64,000 nt of DNA from an uncultured Methanosarcinales archaeon (GCA_964498285.1 CAZCGN010000002.1:4923-68922), one strand, 5' to 3'; shown: positions 27,280-37,709, numbered from the stretch's first letter. Notes: generated from the sequence alone by a model not told the origin. A program made the numbers and translations.

Positions 27280-28734
27280 ATGCTACACCAAGTATATGAA
27301 TGGCGTACTCCCCACACATTTACTCCAGCATACTATTTTGAAGTTCTACGAAATGAGGGAAGGGCTGGTAAGGATGCAATTCTTTTGGAGAGCGATTCCT
27401 CATCACAACCAATTTCGGGGAATAGATATTCGTATATTGCATTGGATACGCAAGTTGACCATACAACTCAGGTGGCTTCGCTTGGAGATTTGGAAGAACT
27501 TCTTAGTAAACCAAAAAAGCCCCTTGATTTTAGAGAAGGCATAGTTTCTGCTACTGCACCTCCTCTTTCACACGGTGGGGCAATAGGGTACGTTGGATAT
27601 GATGTTAAAAATGAATTTGTCCGAAGTCGGGATGGACTTCTTCAAACAACAGCGACAAACGATCAAGAACTTCCTAATTTGTATATGATATTTCCACGAA
27701 CAATCTTAGCATTCGATCATGATGAAAAAAAGGTGTATGTTACAACGTTTTGCGATGATGGTGCGAGAATGGAAGGAGTACAAAGAATATTAGAAGAAAG
27801 AGTGTTGCGTCCAACAAGAGAAACTAGAAGAAAGTCGCATCTTTCAGTCTCACTAGAGGATATTGAAGCTGTTTCTAATATGTCACAAGAACAGTACTTT
27901 GAGATGGTTGAAAGAGCCAAAGAACATATATTGGCAGGAAATTCGTATCAACTAAAAGTATCACAACGACTAACACTTGCGATGATTGATGATACGTGGA
28001 ATATATATAAAAGGTTGCGTAGTATTAATCCCTCACCGTTCTCTGCGTATCTTGCACTCGAGGGAATTGATTTGGTTAGTTGTTCACCTGAAGAGCTTTT
28101 GCGGGTGACAAACATGCCAAGTGGTAGAAAACAAATTCTTACGAGACCAATTGGAGGAACATATCCTCGAAGCAGGTGGAGATTGTGGGATTGGTTTGTA
28201 AAGCGTAGATTCAAACGAGACTCAAAAGAAAAGGCCGAACATGCAATGCTTGTTGACCTTTTACGTAATGACATTGGGCGTGTTTCGGCAGTTGGAAGAA
28301 GATGTGAAGAAAAAGACGGATGGAAATCGTTAGGATCAGTTGAGTGGAGCTGCCCACCAACACTTGAAACATATTCACACTTGCACCATCTTGTAACAAC
28401 TGTTCAAGGAGAGTTAGCTGACGGCTTCAATTCTTTTGATGCGTTTCGTTCACTTTTTCCTGGAGGAACTATAACTGGTTGTCCAAAGATACGAGCAATG
28501 CAACTCATCGATGAACTTGAGCCAACAGCGCGTGGACCATATACTGGCTCAATTGGCTTTGTAACATTCAGAGATGAAGCGCAATGGAACATTATTATTC
28601 GAACACTTCTTCACAACAGAAAAACACGGGATGCCTACCTTCAAGTTGGAGGAGGAATAGTGCACGATTCAGATAAAGAACGTGAATGGCAAGAAACTCT
28701 CTGGAAAGCGCAGGCTCTGCTTAAAGCAGTATAA
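27280..28734 (+). CDS. chorismate-binding enzyme, aminodeoxychorismate/anthranilate synthase component I
   Basis: LLES, GYVGYD, NPSPFS, SPE, RPIGGT, AEHAMLVDLLRND, FPGGTITGCPKIRAM, RGPYTG, GGGIV. Confidence 0.92.
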   Translation: MLHQVYEWRTPHTFTPAYYFEVLRNEGRAGKDAILLESDSSSQPISGNRYSYIALDTQVDHTTQVASLGDLEELLSKPKKPLDFREGIVSATAPPLSHGGAIGYVGYDVKNEFVRSRDGLLQTTATNDQELPNLYMIFPRTILAFDHDEKKVYVTTFCDDGARMEGVQRILEERVLRPTRETRRKSHLSVSLEDIEAVSNMSQEQYFEMVERAKEHILAGNSYQLKVSQRLTLAMIDDTWNIYKRLRSINPSPFSAYLALEGIDLVSCSPEELLRVTNMPSGRKQILTRPIGGTYPRSRWRLWDWFVKRRFKRDSKEKAEHAMLVDLLRNDIGRVSAVGRRCEEKDGWKSLGSVEWSCPPTLETYSHLHHLVTTVQGELADGFNSFDAFRSLFPGGTITGCPKIRAMQLIDELEPTARGPYTGSIGFVTFRDEAQWNIIIRTLLHNRKTRDAYLQVGGGIVHDSDKEREWQETLWKAQALLKAV

Positions 28735-28737
28735 GAA

Positions 28738-29214
28738 TTATCTCTTTTTTGGTTTAACGCCAGTACTTTTACAAAAGGCACGCACAAGGTACTTAATTTC
28801 TTCAAGATCTTTTTGAATATCTTGAATTTCGCGCTCAGCTTTTCTGTTCACTTGGTAATCATATTTTGCCATCATGCGATCACGCTCAGCTTGCCTATTT
28901 TGTGCCATTAAAATGATTGGTGCTTGTATGGCAGCTAAAACGGAGAGAATAAGATTGAGGAGAATGAATGGGTATGGGTCAAAACTACTTGACTTAAGAA
29001 TCGCTATGTTGAGGACAATCCATCCGCCGAACGTAAGGGCAATCAGTCCTAAAAATGGCCAACTTCCACCGAACTGTGCTATAAGGTCTGATGCTTTTTG
29101 ACCAAATGTAAGGTCTTGTTTAGTAAAAATATGATGCTTTCGTTTGCGTAACCGTTTTGTTTTGGCAATAGCAACTGTTTTAACTCTGGTACCACCAGTC
29201 CCACTTCTTTTCAT
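28738..29214 (-). CDS. DUF1003 family membrane protein
   Basis: FGGSW, FDPYPFILLNL, QAPIILMAQNRQ. Confidence 0.9.
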   Translation of the reverse strand: MKRSGTGGTRVKTVAIAKTKRLRKRKHHIFTKQDLTFGQKASDLIAQFGGSWPFLGLIALTFGGWIVLNIAILKSSSFDPYPFILLNLILSVLAAIQAPIILMAQNRQAERDRMMAKYDYQVNRKAEREIQDIQKDLEEIKYLVRAFCKSTGVKPKKR

Positions 29215-29314
29215 GAGGATATGTAATAATCTTTTGTTTATATATTTTCGTATGTTTCGCAAGAGTCTAAAGCTGGCCACAAACTTTATATAACGTGTAT
29301 TTATGGTATTTCAC

Positions 29315-29968
29315 ATGGTTGAAATACGGGTAATTAAACGTGAGATAGAAAGTTTGCCCGATATTTCTGAGCAACTTACAAGTTTTAAAGATGCATGGTT
29401 CGCGCATCCACACAAAAAAAAGGCAAAAGGAAAAAAGCGTGCAAAAAAAAATGCGCTTCATCAAATATTTGATGGCCTTGAACAAAAACAACAAGAAGAG
29501 CTTTCTCAAAAGTTAGTTGCGTTCTACTCAACCTTCGATAAACTTGAAGCAGCTTCGTTTACAACACAGAAATTGCGAACACTCTCCTCAGCACTTGTTG
29601 AGATGAAACTTGGCGAGTTTCGTAACTCCCAGCGGCTCGAGGGTCAAAGCATGCTTGAGACGAAACGAAGTGAATTTTTGCAAAATAAGGTGTTGAATGA
29701 TGATTTCCATGGACTTTCAACAGTTATTCGTGAGGTAAAGAATTTTCACTCAAACCTTGAGATGCTTGAAGTACAGTATGAAGAAATCAATGATTTGTTA
29801 TACAAACAATTGATTTTAGAGTATTCACTTAAAGCAATGGACACACCTCACAAAAAACGTCTTCACAACATCAAAAAAGCCTCTCACAAACGTAAAGAAC
29901 TTGTGCGCGTTATGGGAAGAGCATTTATTGATATGCAAAAAATGCGTAAAAAACCTCTAAAGGCCTAA
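29315..29968 (+). CDS. hypothetical basic helical protein
   Basis: Long ORF divergent from the DUF1003 gene. Confidence 0.7.
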   Translation: MVEIRVIKREIESLPDISEQLTSFKDAWFAHPHKKKAKGKKRAKKNALHQIFDGLEQKQQEELSQKLVAFYSTFDKLEAASFTTQKLRTLSSALVEMKLGEFRNSQRLEGQSMLETKRSEFLQNKVLNDDFHGLSTVIREVKNFHSNLEMLEVQYEEINDLLYKQLILEYSLKAMDTPHKKRLHNIKKASHKRKELVRVMGRAFIDMQKMRKKPLKA

Positions 29969-29982
29969 CCTTTCTTATAAAA

Positions 29983-30801
29983 TCAAATTTTTGGCTTATA
30001 GGCATCTATCGGATGAGAATCATAATACCCTTTCGTATGGGCTGAAGCCCAGCCAGCAATGGACATAGCCTCTGTTTCTGAAAAGAAGGTTCGAAGTTGT
30101 AATGTTGTAATTCCTTGTTCTAAATACCAAATAGCTTCTTCTCGTGTGAGGAGAGCCCTTCTGCTTGCATGCTCTCGAAGAAGACGATCTGGACTAATAT
30201 CCTCGTCTCTTCTTTCTGATCTAACTTTCTCTTCGATAGATTCTGGTTCATCTGCAACGGAATATCTATATGTAAATGCAAAATTTGATGCAACCCGTAA
30301 TTTATATTTTCCCTGTTCTCGCAGCGATCCTCCAAAAAGGAGAGGTGCCTTTGAGACAATATCTCTTGCAACATCTCGTTTATCGATGCCTTTTTCCATA
30401 CGTAACACAATATAATCTTCAAATAATTCTTCTTCATCAGCCCCATATTCATCAGCAATACCCTGACAGTGTTCATATAACTCATCTGTTGGCAAGCCAC
30501 CCGCAAGATCTGTTGTTTTAATTGGAAGGATAATTTCTGTGTGCCTTCCATGCGTGTTAAGAATAACTTCAATAGTATCATTACTCTCTTCTTCAAGAAT
30601 TCTTCTAACTCGGGAAGCTTCTCTGTGTAAGGTGCTAAATCTTCGAAGCTGTTGACCAGAACTAACAACCTTTTCAAGAGATGCGAGAAGTGCAGTATCC
30701 GGAAGATACATTTCTTTAGTTACAAGTTTTCTATTATACAATCTAAGATATTTTAGTGCAAGTGCTCTTTGAAGAATGTTATGTTGTTCTTGTAGTGTCA
30801 T
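29983..30801 (-). CDS. hypothetical protein, distant paralog of 32111-33607
   Basis: RLYNR..RRILEEESNDTIEVIL..TEIILPIK resembles RLYEQ..RERLEHKASETLHVDL..FELYLPINK. Confidence 0.7.
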   Translation of the reverse strand: MTLQEQHNILQRALALKYLRLYNRKLVTKEMYLPDTALLASLEKVVSSGQQLRRFSTLHREASRVRRILEEESNDTIEVILNTHGRHTEIILPIKTTDLAGGLPTDELYEHCQGIADEYGADEEELFEDYIVLRMEKGIDKRDVARDIVSKAPLLFGGSLREQGKYKLRVASNFAFTYRYSVADEPESIEEKVRSERRDEDISPDRLLREHASRRALLTREEAIWYLEQGITTLQLRTFFSETEAMSIAGWASAHTKGYYDSHPIDAYKPKI

Positions 30802-30809
30802 GTTTTCAA

Positions 30810-32114
30810 TTATGCTTGAAGATCATACCTCTTTGGGATTGCGTCCGAAACAAAAAATCCGGAATATTCTGTTGCAAGGTGCATACTTGCAACTTCTATT
30901 TCATGTTTGATTCTTCGCTTTCTTTTTTGCTCCATGGATCCAGTATACTTTCGAACAAAATTTTCAAATTTCTGCGAACCATTGGCAACAGTTCTAACAG
31001 ATGGCATTTCAAGCACTTCAAAAAGGTCCGGACGTTGGTCAAGGGCATAGAAATCAGAAAAGAAACGATTATTTCCTTGGGTTTTATAGCATACTCTTTC
31101 CATTCCTTGGGTAAAGTATGCCTTTGCTGCTGCAACACTTAGTATGAATGCGAGTTTTGCAATTTCTGGAGGTTGAGTATCCAAAGAAGAGAGGACATAC
31201 GAGCGTAATGAATCGTTTAGCTTAATGAAATCTTTATATGCAACAGGGGGATTATCTCCGATATACTGTTTCCATGCTTCCTTTTCATTTCTTGCAAGAA
31301 GCGAAAGGGTTGATGTGTTAATTGATGTTGCATCATGGCCCATGAGCATTTTTAAGACAAGGGCTGTAATCCCATAATCACGAAAACCGTTAAGGTCCCT
31401 ACTAGTCTCTGCAATTTCTGGCGGGAGAACATCTCGAGTTGCACTTCCACTTCCAACTAATGCCTCTAGGTCAGTTTCAATAAAAGGTTCTAGATAGAGC
31501 ATTTGTTTTTCATCCTTTTCACGACTTCCAAATACATTAAGGCCAAGGACACTTCGCGAGGAGAGGAGCTGCCTTTGTGTAATGACCTCTAATGCTTGAA
31601 CTTTATCTTCAGTGATACTTCCATCATAATCAAGGAGAATTGCATCAAAGGTCGAATCGGTTTGTAACAAAAAGTCAAGAACGTTACCAGGGTGCAGATG
31701 AATGCCACTTTGTTGTTCTTGTATTGCACGTATTCTTGAAGTATCACTCTCCACGCAGTATACATTTTCACGCAGTATACCTAACCTATCGTAACCGGGA
31801 AGTTCAAGAAGTTCTGGGCCTAATAGAGAAAGAACTCGTGTTTCTGATCCAATTTCAAGGTTTGCTGCAAGAAATGAAAACCACCTGTTACGCCAAAGAG
31901 TCTTGTTTGCATAATCATATGTTTTTGCTCCCTTTCTTGGAGCCCTCCGTACCTTTTTTTCGTTTCCTTGCTTTTGAGGTCTTGGAAGAACAAACACTTC
32001 ACCATCCCGAATTGAATAAGAGCCCTCATTTGCTTGACAAAGTTGCATGATCTCCCAGACACTTCTCCCTGAACTTTTTGCAAGATCATGGAGAGGAACC
32101 ATAGTATCGTTCAT
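30810..32114 (-). CDS. class I SAM-dependent methyltransferase-like protein with a short N-terminal HTH-like domain
   Basis: RVLSLLGP (motif I-like), VYCVESD, GNVLDF, FDAILLDYDG; N-terminal LHDLAKSSGRSVWEI. Confidence 0.65.
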   Translation of the reverse strand: MNDTMVPLHDLAKSSGRSVWEIMQLCQANEGSYSIRDGEVFVLPRPQKQGNEKKVRRAPRKGAKTYDYANKTLWRNRWFSFLAANLEIGSETRVLSLLGPELLELPGYDRLGILRENVYCVESDTSRIRAIQEQQSGIHLHPGNVLDFLLQTDSTFDAILLDYDGSITEDKVQALEVITQRQLLSSRSVLGLNVFGSREKDEKQMLYLEPFIETDLEALVGSGSATRDVLPPEIAETSRDLNGFRDYGITALVLKMLMGHDATSINTSTLSLLARNEKEAWKQYIGDNPPVAYKDFIKLNDSLRSYVLSSLDTQPPEIAKLAFILSVAAAKAYFTQGMERVCYKTQGNNRFFSDFYALDQRPDLFEVLEMPSVRTVANGSQKFENFVRKYTGSMEQKRKRRIKHEIEVASMHLATEYSGFFVSDAIPKRYDLQA

Positions 32115-33607
32115 GATCTATCTCTCCTCATAACAGCTTGTAGGTAGGTTTGTATACTTCCTTGAGCAGAATGTTTCCAAGAACTTCGAAGTGCAATGAG
32201 GTTAGCATCACCCCCCTTTGGGTCATAAAAAATGTCCCCTGCTCTTCTCATTTGTTTTCGAACTTCCCGAGGACTAAAAGGTAAACCAAAACTTTGTACG
32301 GCTTTGCCTACCTCTTTTATCCAGGATTCTTGTTGCAAGGTGTTATTTCCCAAATGTGGTCTATCTTTTCCAAGCCTAAACCCTACTGCAAGCATTGCAT
32401 GAACATAGTATGGATTATGACCCTCTTTGAGGAGACCTTCAACAACATGTTGTTCAACGCCTACATCCTCAGCTATTATCTCAACTCTTCTTGTTGTAAG
32501 ATTTGATCTAGTGTTAGCAATAGATTGTGGCAAGAAGTTTTCAGGGGAAGTTTGGAGATCAAATTCTTCCGGAACAGAGTCCTTTCTTTTTTTGTACAAC
32601 GAGGTAGCCTCTTTTTGTAGATCAACAATATCTTTAACGTATGCATCAACTCCAATTCTATCAAGCTCAAATATGCTATCGATGGCAGTTGTTCCAAGAA
32701 GTCTGGTAGTATTATCTTTACCTAACTTTCTTTCGAGTCTTTCTACTGTCCCTTCAACAACATCTTCTCCATAACATCCTGCATAAAGTTCATAATCCTC
32801 CCCTAAGTAATGCATTCCTGTAGGTGGTGTTGAATCTTTTTCTGTTAGGGTAACACTACCACCTTCTGAGGGTTGATCTTTAGTGATAGCATCAGGTGTA
32901 ACACGTTCTTCCGTAACAGAGGGCTCGCTTCGAGTAGAGATAGGTGTAATTGTGATATCTTCAAGTCCAACATATGTAACTAAGGAAAGTTCAATATTGG
33001 CTTGCGCAAAACCGACAGGGTTTATGCTGGTAAGATAGTCAGTAATGTCTGCAGTTGATCTTTCTAGTACAAGTCGCGTGATGTGTTCCTCTTCTCCATG
33101 TGATTGAACGTTACACTTTGCTTCTAAAAGAGCTTTTGCAACAGCAGAGCTAAGAGCAAGTGGAAGCTCTTCTTTCTCTGTTCCTTTATTTATTGGAAGA
33201 TAGAGTTCGAATGTTCCTTTTGAAGGAACCAAGAGTAGATCAACATGCAGTGTTTCACTTGCTTTATGCTCTAGACGTTCTCTTTTCTCTCGTCTAGCGC
33301 AGGCAGCGACGTACTCTTCTTGTAGTGAATCACGAATTTCTGCAACATCAACATTTTCTTCATAGATAGAAATTATTCTTCTGTCACTTTCAGTAATATT
33401 AGATGCCGATATCTCTACACTTGTTCTTTGTGCTAATTGTTGTGATTGTTCATAGAGCCTTGCACACAATGTTTCCATTGCCTTTGCTTGAAGTCGACTT
33501 TTCTCTTGCCGAGCTTCTGCCAATCTTTTTTCAAGTTCTGGAATTTCTGTTCTAACTACTCTATGTCGTTCAACAATTGTTTCAAGTGCATTTTCTACTG
33601 GTATCAT
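32111..33607 (-). CDS. hypothetical coiled-coil protein
   Basis: 498-aa ORF with an N-terminal coiled coil; ATGA overlap with the next gene. Confidence 0.75.
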   Translation of the reverse strand: MIPVENALETIVERHRVVRTEIPELEKRLAEARQEKSRLQAKAMETLCARLYEQSQQLAQRTSVEISASNITESDRRIISIYEENVDVAEIRDSLQEEYVAACARREKRERLEHKASETLHVDLLLVPSKGTFELYLPINKGTEKEELPLALSSAVAKALLEAKCNVQSHGEEEHITRLVLERSTADITDYLTSINPVGFAQANIELSLVTYVGLEDITITPISTRSEPSVTEERVTPDAITKDQPSEGGSVTLTEKDSTPPTGMHYLGEDYELYAGCYGEDVVEGTVERLERKLGKDNTTRLLGTTAIDSIFELDRIGVDAYVKDIVDLQKEATSLYKKRKDSVPEEFDLQTSPENFLPQSIANTRSNLTTRRVEIIAEDVGVEQHVVEGLLKEGHNPYYVHAMLAVGFRLGKDRPHLGNNTLQQESWIKEVGKAVQSFGLPFSPREVRKQMRRAGDIFYDPKGGDANLIALRSSWKHSAQGSIQTYLQAVMRRDRS

Positions 33608-33667
33608 ATCAAAAATCTCCCAAAAATATTCTGGTCTCTCCTCTTAAAAATCAAAATAATAAAAAAA

Positions 33668-34246
33668 TTAAAAATCAGTTTCTACAATTCCTGCTTGAAG
33701 TACAGTATCCAAAGGTTCTGTTTTGTATGCAGTAAAACCAAGCATGTTTGTATCAGGATTATATGTTAAAGAACCAACACAGTAACTTGAATCAACGCCA
33801 ACTTCGCAGTTCGTTCCTCTTTCAAAAGAAACAAAACCATCGTTTATATGAAGTCCAGTTACACTTGGATCAATACTTACTGCAAACTCTTGCCCATCAA
33901 AATTAAGGAGATAATGTTGTCCTTTAATTGCTGGGATTGTGGCCTCTTTACTTGCACTTGCGTATGCTGGGTGCCAAGGAATATCAACCTGAGATGTGCT
34001 TATAGGTTGCGCAGCTTGAGATTCAGTTGGCATTCCTGCAAGAAGGGCAGTTCCAATATATCCTGCAGCAAGAACGCTTAACGCGAGTCCAGCCCCCTCG
34101 ACCATCCGTTGACCAACGCGAGATTGTGGGGTATACTCGTCCACACCAGTATCAAGCGTCTGGTCAATTGTTGGGGTGTCAAATTGGTCACCAAGACCAA
34201 ATCTTTCTAAAATGTCTGTTATGTCAGTTGTATGTGTTTGTGTCAT
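33668..34246 (-). CDS. single-TM protein whose C-terminal domain is paralogous to that of 34335-37553
   Basis: TM GLALSVLAAGYIGTALLAGM; DIPW..YLLNFDGQEF..DPSVTGLHINDGFVSFERGTNC..YC. Confidence 0.8.
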   Translation of the reverse strand: MTQTHTTDITDILERFGLGDQFDTPTIDQTLDTGVDEYTPQSRVGQRMVEGAGLALSVLAAGYIGTALLAGMPTESQAAQPISTSQVDIPWHPAYASASKEATIPAIKGQHYLLNFDGQEFAVSIDPSVTGLHINDGFVSFERGTNCEVGVDSSYCVGSLTYNPDTNMLGFTAYKTEPLDTVLQAGIVETDF

Positions 34247-34286
34247 TGTATGATAGAATAACCTATAAAAGTAGTAATATATTCTT

Positions 34287-34301
34287 CATAAGAAGTATAA
34301 G
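34287..34301. promoter_or_regulatory. putative operator CATAAGAAGTATAAG
   Basis: Near-copies at 37710-37724 and 39246-39260; ~40 nt upstream of the 34246 start. Confidence 0.45.
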
Positions 34302-34334
34302 GTACATTATGTAAAAGAGGGGAATGAAAGTAAT

Positions 34335-37300
34335 TTACGGTGTAGTGGGAGTTGATCCCAAATCGGAGTTTGTTGAATCTCTATTAAAGTGGAGTGGCAG
34401 TTTTAGATTTTCAAGTTGAGCTGTTGTATATGTTCTATGGACATTAAATTCAAGCTCGCCTGTGTCTTCAAAATAGGTAAACGCATCTATACAATAGAGT
34501 GGTTCTGAACCAACCGCACAGTTTGTTCCTCTCTCAAAAGAAACAAAATCATCATTCATATGAAGTCCGGTTAAGCTAGGATCAACTCCAAGAGTGAATT
34601 CTTTTCCATCAAAATCCAGGACATAAGGTTTTCCTGGTTTTGGAATAATTGTTGCAACTCTACTTTCTGCAGCATACCTTCTATCCCATGGAATATCAAG
34701 AAGATGGTTATCTGTAGGGGTTTGATATGAAACTCTATGGTCCTCTTCTCCACCGAATGCATTATGTTCTACTGCAAAATCAAGTGCACCTAAACCGGTT
34801 GCAGTAACATATGCTGCTGCAACCAATCCTAATGGGATAGGAGTTCTAAAGAACTCTCGAAGATGTGTGTTCATTCTTTGTCTAAACGGAGTCATTTCAT
34901 TGATTGGCCTTGGATCGGACATTCCCGCAATAAGGGCTGCTACAGCAACAAAACCAAAAGCCCCAATAAATCCAAGACTTGCAGCTTTGCCTAATGGAAG
35001 AATGAGGTCATCTATCCTATGCGCTGCTCTAATAAGCCCAGTTCCAATGGCTGCTGCCATGGAATAATTAGACAATCTACTAACCTCATTATCAATAAGA
35101 TTTGGATAAATCTCTTCTGTAACAGTTCTTCCTGCCCGTCTTGTTATTGCTTGCAAGTATTCAGGCCAAAGAAGATCAATATCGTGGGTAGCATCTTCTT
35201 GAATTCCTAAACCTCGAAGGTTTTGGATGATAAGATCTTGAATTGGGTCTGGAATTGCTTCAAGTGTATCAGAACCTTGATTCGAAGCAAAGTGGTAAGA
35301 CCAAACTGCTAAGACAAAATCAGGATCAATGCCACTCGCAAATACTCTTGCAGCCCTTCTTATCCTAATTTTGTCTTCTAAAGAAGATCTTCTTCTATAA
35401 GGGCTACCTCTCATTTCTATTCTGGAAGCTATAACAGTTTCGAACCCAACTTCATACATTTGAGCTGTGATATGATTCCCAAGATCTCTGTTAGTGATGT
35501 TCTCTCCACGCATTTCGGAATCAACCTGTACAATTCTTTCAAGAATATGAATTCCGAACGGACAACTAAATGCAGGAACATCTTCAAGGTCTCGCGCAAG
35601 TGTTAAAAAATCTTCTCCTGCAGCAAAATCAGATACAAAATCAACGAGTGTTCTCAAATACGGCCTACGTCCCTGAAGGGAGTGTATCATTGCCGCTCGA
35701 AAATCTTCTCCCAAATATGTAGCAAGGGACCTATCGACTTGAAGTAAATATTCTCTTACTGTTGAATTATCAGTTTCTACAATTTCATCGAGTCTTGGAA
35801 CTCCGCCTCGCACTGCTCGAGTTTTAACGGTCTCAACGAGATTAGGACTATTAGCACCGGCAATATGTTCATCTGTAACTATGTCAACTCTTCCGGTTGG
35901 AAGGCCACCAAGCTCTAATGCTGTTACAAAATCTAAACTACTGCCTGCAGAAGATCCAGGCATAGCTGTTGGTAAATCTATTTCAGGAACTTCTCGAAAT
36001 ATCTCGCGAAGGACTGTTCGATTATATTCTCCAAGAAGGTCTGTGAATTGGTCCATTTCTCTTTGACTTCCATTTCTTCTACCAATCTCTTGAAGTTTTC
36101 GTAAGACAAGTGCATATGCTATATCTCCTTCTCGCCAAGCATTTTCATCTTCATCATTGTTTATGCGTTGGAGTTTTTTGAGTGCAGCAAACTTAAGGCC
36201 TTTTGCAGCATAGACTAAATCATATCCTCGCATAAAATCCGTACTATCTTGAAGGGGAGTTCTCCAATGTCCATGTGCATCTCGCAGTTTTCTGTACACC
36301 TCATTGAGAACATGTTCTTGTGTGCGCGCATCAGCTCCAGCCGAAAGAAGCATATCAAAGAGAGGTGCTTGTATTGGCCCGTATGCAAGACCTATGTCAT
36401 GGAGGCGCAAATCACTTAATATTAAGCCACCGTCTCGAGTTCTTTCTTCTCGCCCAACGAGCACATTGTATACAGTAAAATCATCATGAACTGGAAACTC
36501 AGGTAAAAAATCTATGTCTGTTCCAATAGCTTGGCTAAAAGAGGCTACAAGACGTGAAACAAGGGATCCTGTTCTTCCTGCTTCTTGCAGAATCTGTTCT
36601 CGTATTGGTTTAGCTTTTGGAGAATCTGGGTTTATAACTTCTCCTTGAATGAGTGATTCTCTCACAAGACTGGTTCGCACAACATATTTTTCAAGAAAGC
36701 TTGCTCTTAGTGTGTCACTTGTTGTGGGGTTTGCATATATTCTTTGAGCAAGCCTCTCTTCGGCAGGGCCTTTTTTCGGTTTATCTAAAACTCTTGCCAA
36801 TGCAAAGCTCATCATGAGCTGTGGTTTTATTGCTTCAAGAAGATATCGTCGTTTCACCTCTTCTGGTGCATCACAGATTGAGGAAAGATCTCCTGCTAAA
36901 AAACCATATGTTAAAAGGCGTTTCGTATCATCAGTTGCAAATGGTCTTGTAATTTGGTCTCCAAGACCTAAACTTGCTAAATCTTGATGGATTTCAAGTT
37001 CTTGTGTAAACAAGTCGTCTAAAACTTCTGGCACACGCTTCGCTACTAATGCAACTTCTTCTCCAGTTGGGAGTTCTACTGAAACTTTACTTAATCCACC
37101 ACCCTCATAGCGTGTAGATCTTGAATCAACACCAAGACTTCGTTCTGTTACTGGAAGAAATGTTGTGTCTCGTCCATTCTCTCCAACAACTACTGAGAGT
37201 AATCTTGAAAGATCTCTAAGTGGTCCTGTTGATCGAAGCTGTGATTCTAGCTTTTCAAGTAGGGCCTTACTATACCATCTACCAAAATCTTTGCCATTAA

Positions 37301-37553
37301 AACCAGAAAGAATGGGAAAATCTTCAGGTGAAACCGCGTGGGTAGGAACAAGACCTGCCAAATCATATCTTTCTGGAAAAAGAGTAGCTCTTGCAACTGC
37401 CCATCTTTTAGAAGCTGTAACAAACTCCTTATCAAATGAAAGATCACCTGATGGCCTGCGATGAGGCGATATCTCTTGCCAATGCCTATTTGGGTCTTGT
37501 GTTAATGCTAACAGGCGATTAACTTGTTCTTCAAGGTTTATTCTATCTGGCAT
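34335..37553 (-). CDS. large membrane protein with N-terminal kinase-like domain and C-terminal putative extracellular domain
   Basis: GGGLSKV..ALVAKRV..ELEIH..HDDFTVYNVLV..LHDIG kinase-like motifs; 2-3 TM helices near aa 830-930; Cys pair in the C-terminal domain. Confidence 0.7.
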   Translation of the reverse strand: MPDRINLEEQVNRLLALTQDPNRHWQEISPHRRPSGDLSFDKEFVTASKRWAVARATLFPERYDLAGLVPTHAVSPEDFPILSGFNGKDFGRWYSKALLEKLESQLRSTGPLRDLSRLLSVVVGENGRDTTFLPVTERSLGVDSRSTRYEGGGLSKVSVELPTGEEVALVAKRVPEVLDDLFTQELEIHQDLASLGLGDQITRPFATDDTKRLLTYGFLAGDLSSICDAPEEVKRRYLLEAIKPQLMMSFALARVLDKPKKGPAEERLAQRIYANPTTSDTLRASFLEKYVVRTSLVRESLIQGEVINPDSPKAKPIREQILQEAGRTGSLVSRLVASFSQAIGTDIDFLPEFPVHDDFTVYNVLVGREERTRDGGLILSDLRLHDIGLAYGPIQAPLFDMLLSAGADARTQEHVLNEVYRKLRDAHGHWRTPLQDSTDFMRGYDLVYAAKGLKFAALKKLQRINNDEDENAWREGDIAYALVLRKLQEIGRRNGSQREMDQFTDLLGEYNRTVLREIFREVPEIDLPTAMPGSSAGSSLDFVTALELGGLPTGRVDIVTDEHIAGANSPNLVETVKTRAVRGGVPRLDEIVETDNSTVREYLLQVDRSLATYLGEDFRAAMIHSLQGRRPYLRTLVDFVSDFAAGEDFLTLARDLEDVPAFSCPFGIHILERIVQVDSEMRGENITNRDLGNHITAQMYEVGFETVIASRIEMRGSPYRRRSSLEDKIRIRRAARVFASGIDPDFVLAVWSYHFASNQGSDTLEAIPDPIQDLIIQNLRGLGIQEDATHDIDLLWPEYLQAITRRAGRTVTEEIYPNLIDNEVSRLSNYSMAAAIGTGLIRAAHRIDDLILPLGKAASLGFIGAFGFVAVAALIAGMSDPRPINEMTPFRQRMNTHLREFFRTPIPLGLVAAAYVTATGLGALDFAVEHNAFGGEEDHRVSYQTPTDNHLLDIPWDRRYAAESRVATIIPKPGKPYVLDFDGKEFTLGVDPSLTGLHMNDDFVSFERGTNCAVGSEPLYCIDAFTYFEDTGELEFNVHRTYTTAQLENLKLPLHFNRDSTNSDLGSTPTTP

Positions 37554-37709
37554 TTTGGTTGCTGAAATCTAGTGTATAGGACAAACATACGTAAATTAAA
37601 GATCTTTTATAAATCTTCTTCAGATTTACTACTATTTGATAACAAACTGATCTGGCCTGACATTTTAGTCCTATTATGCTGTCTATCTTTCTCTTCCTTT
37701 ATCCTAATC

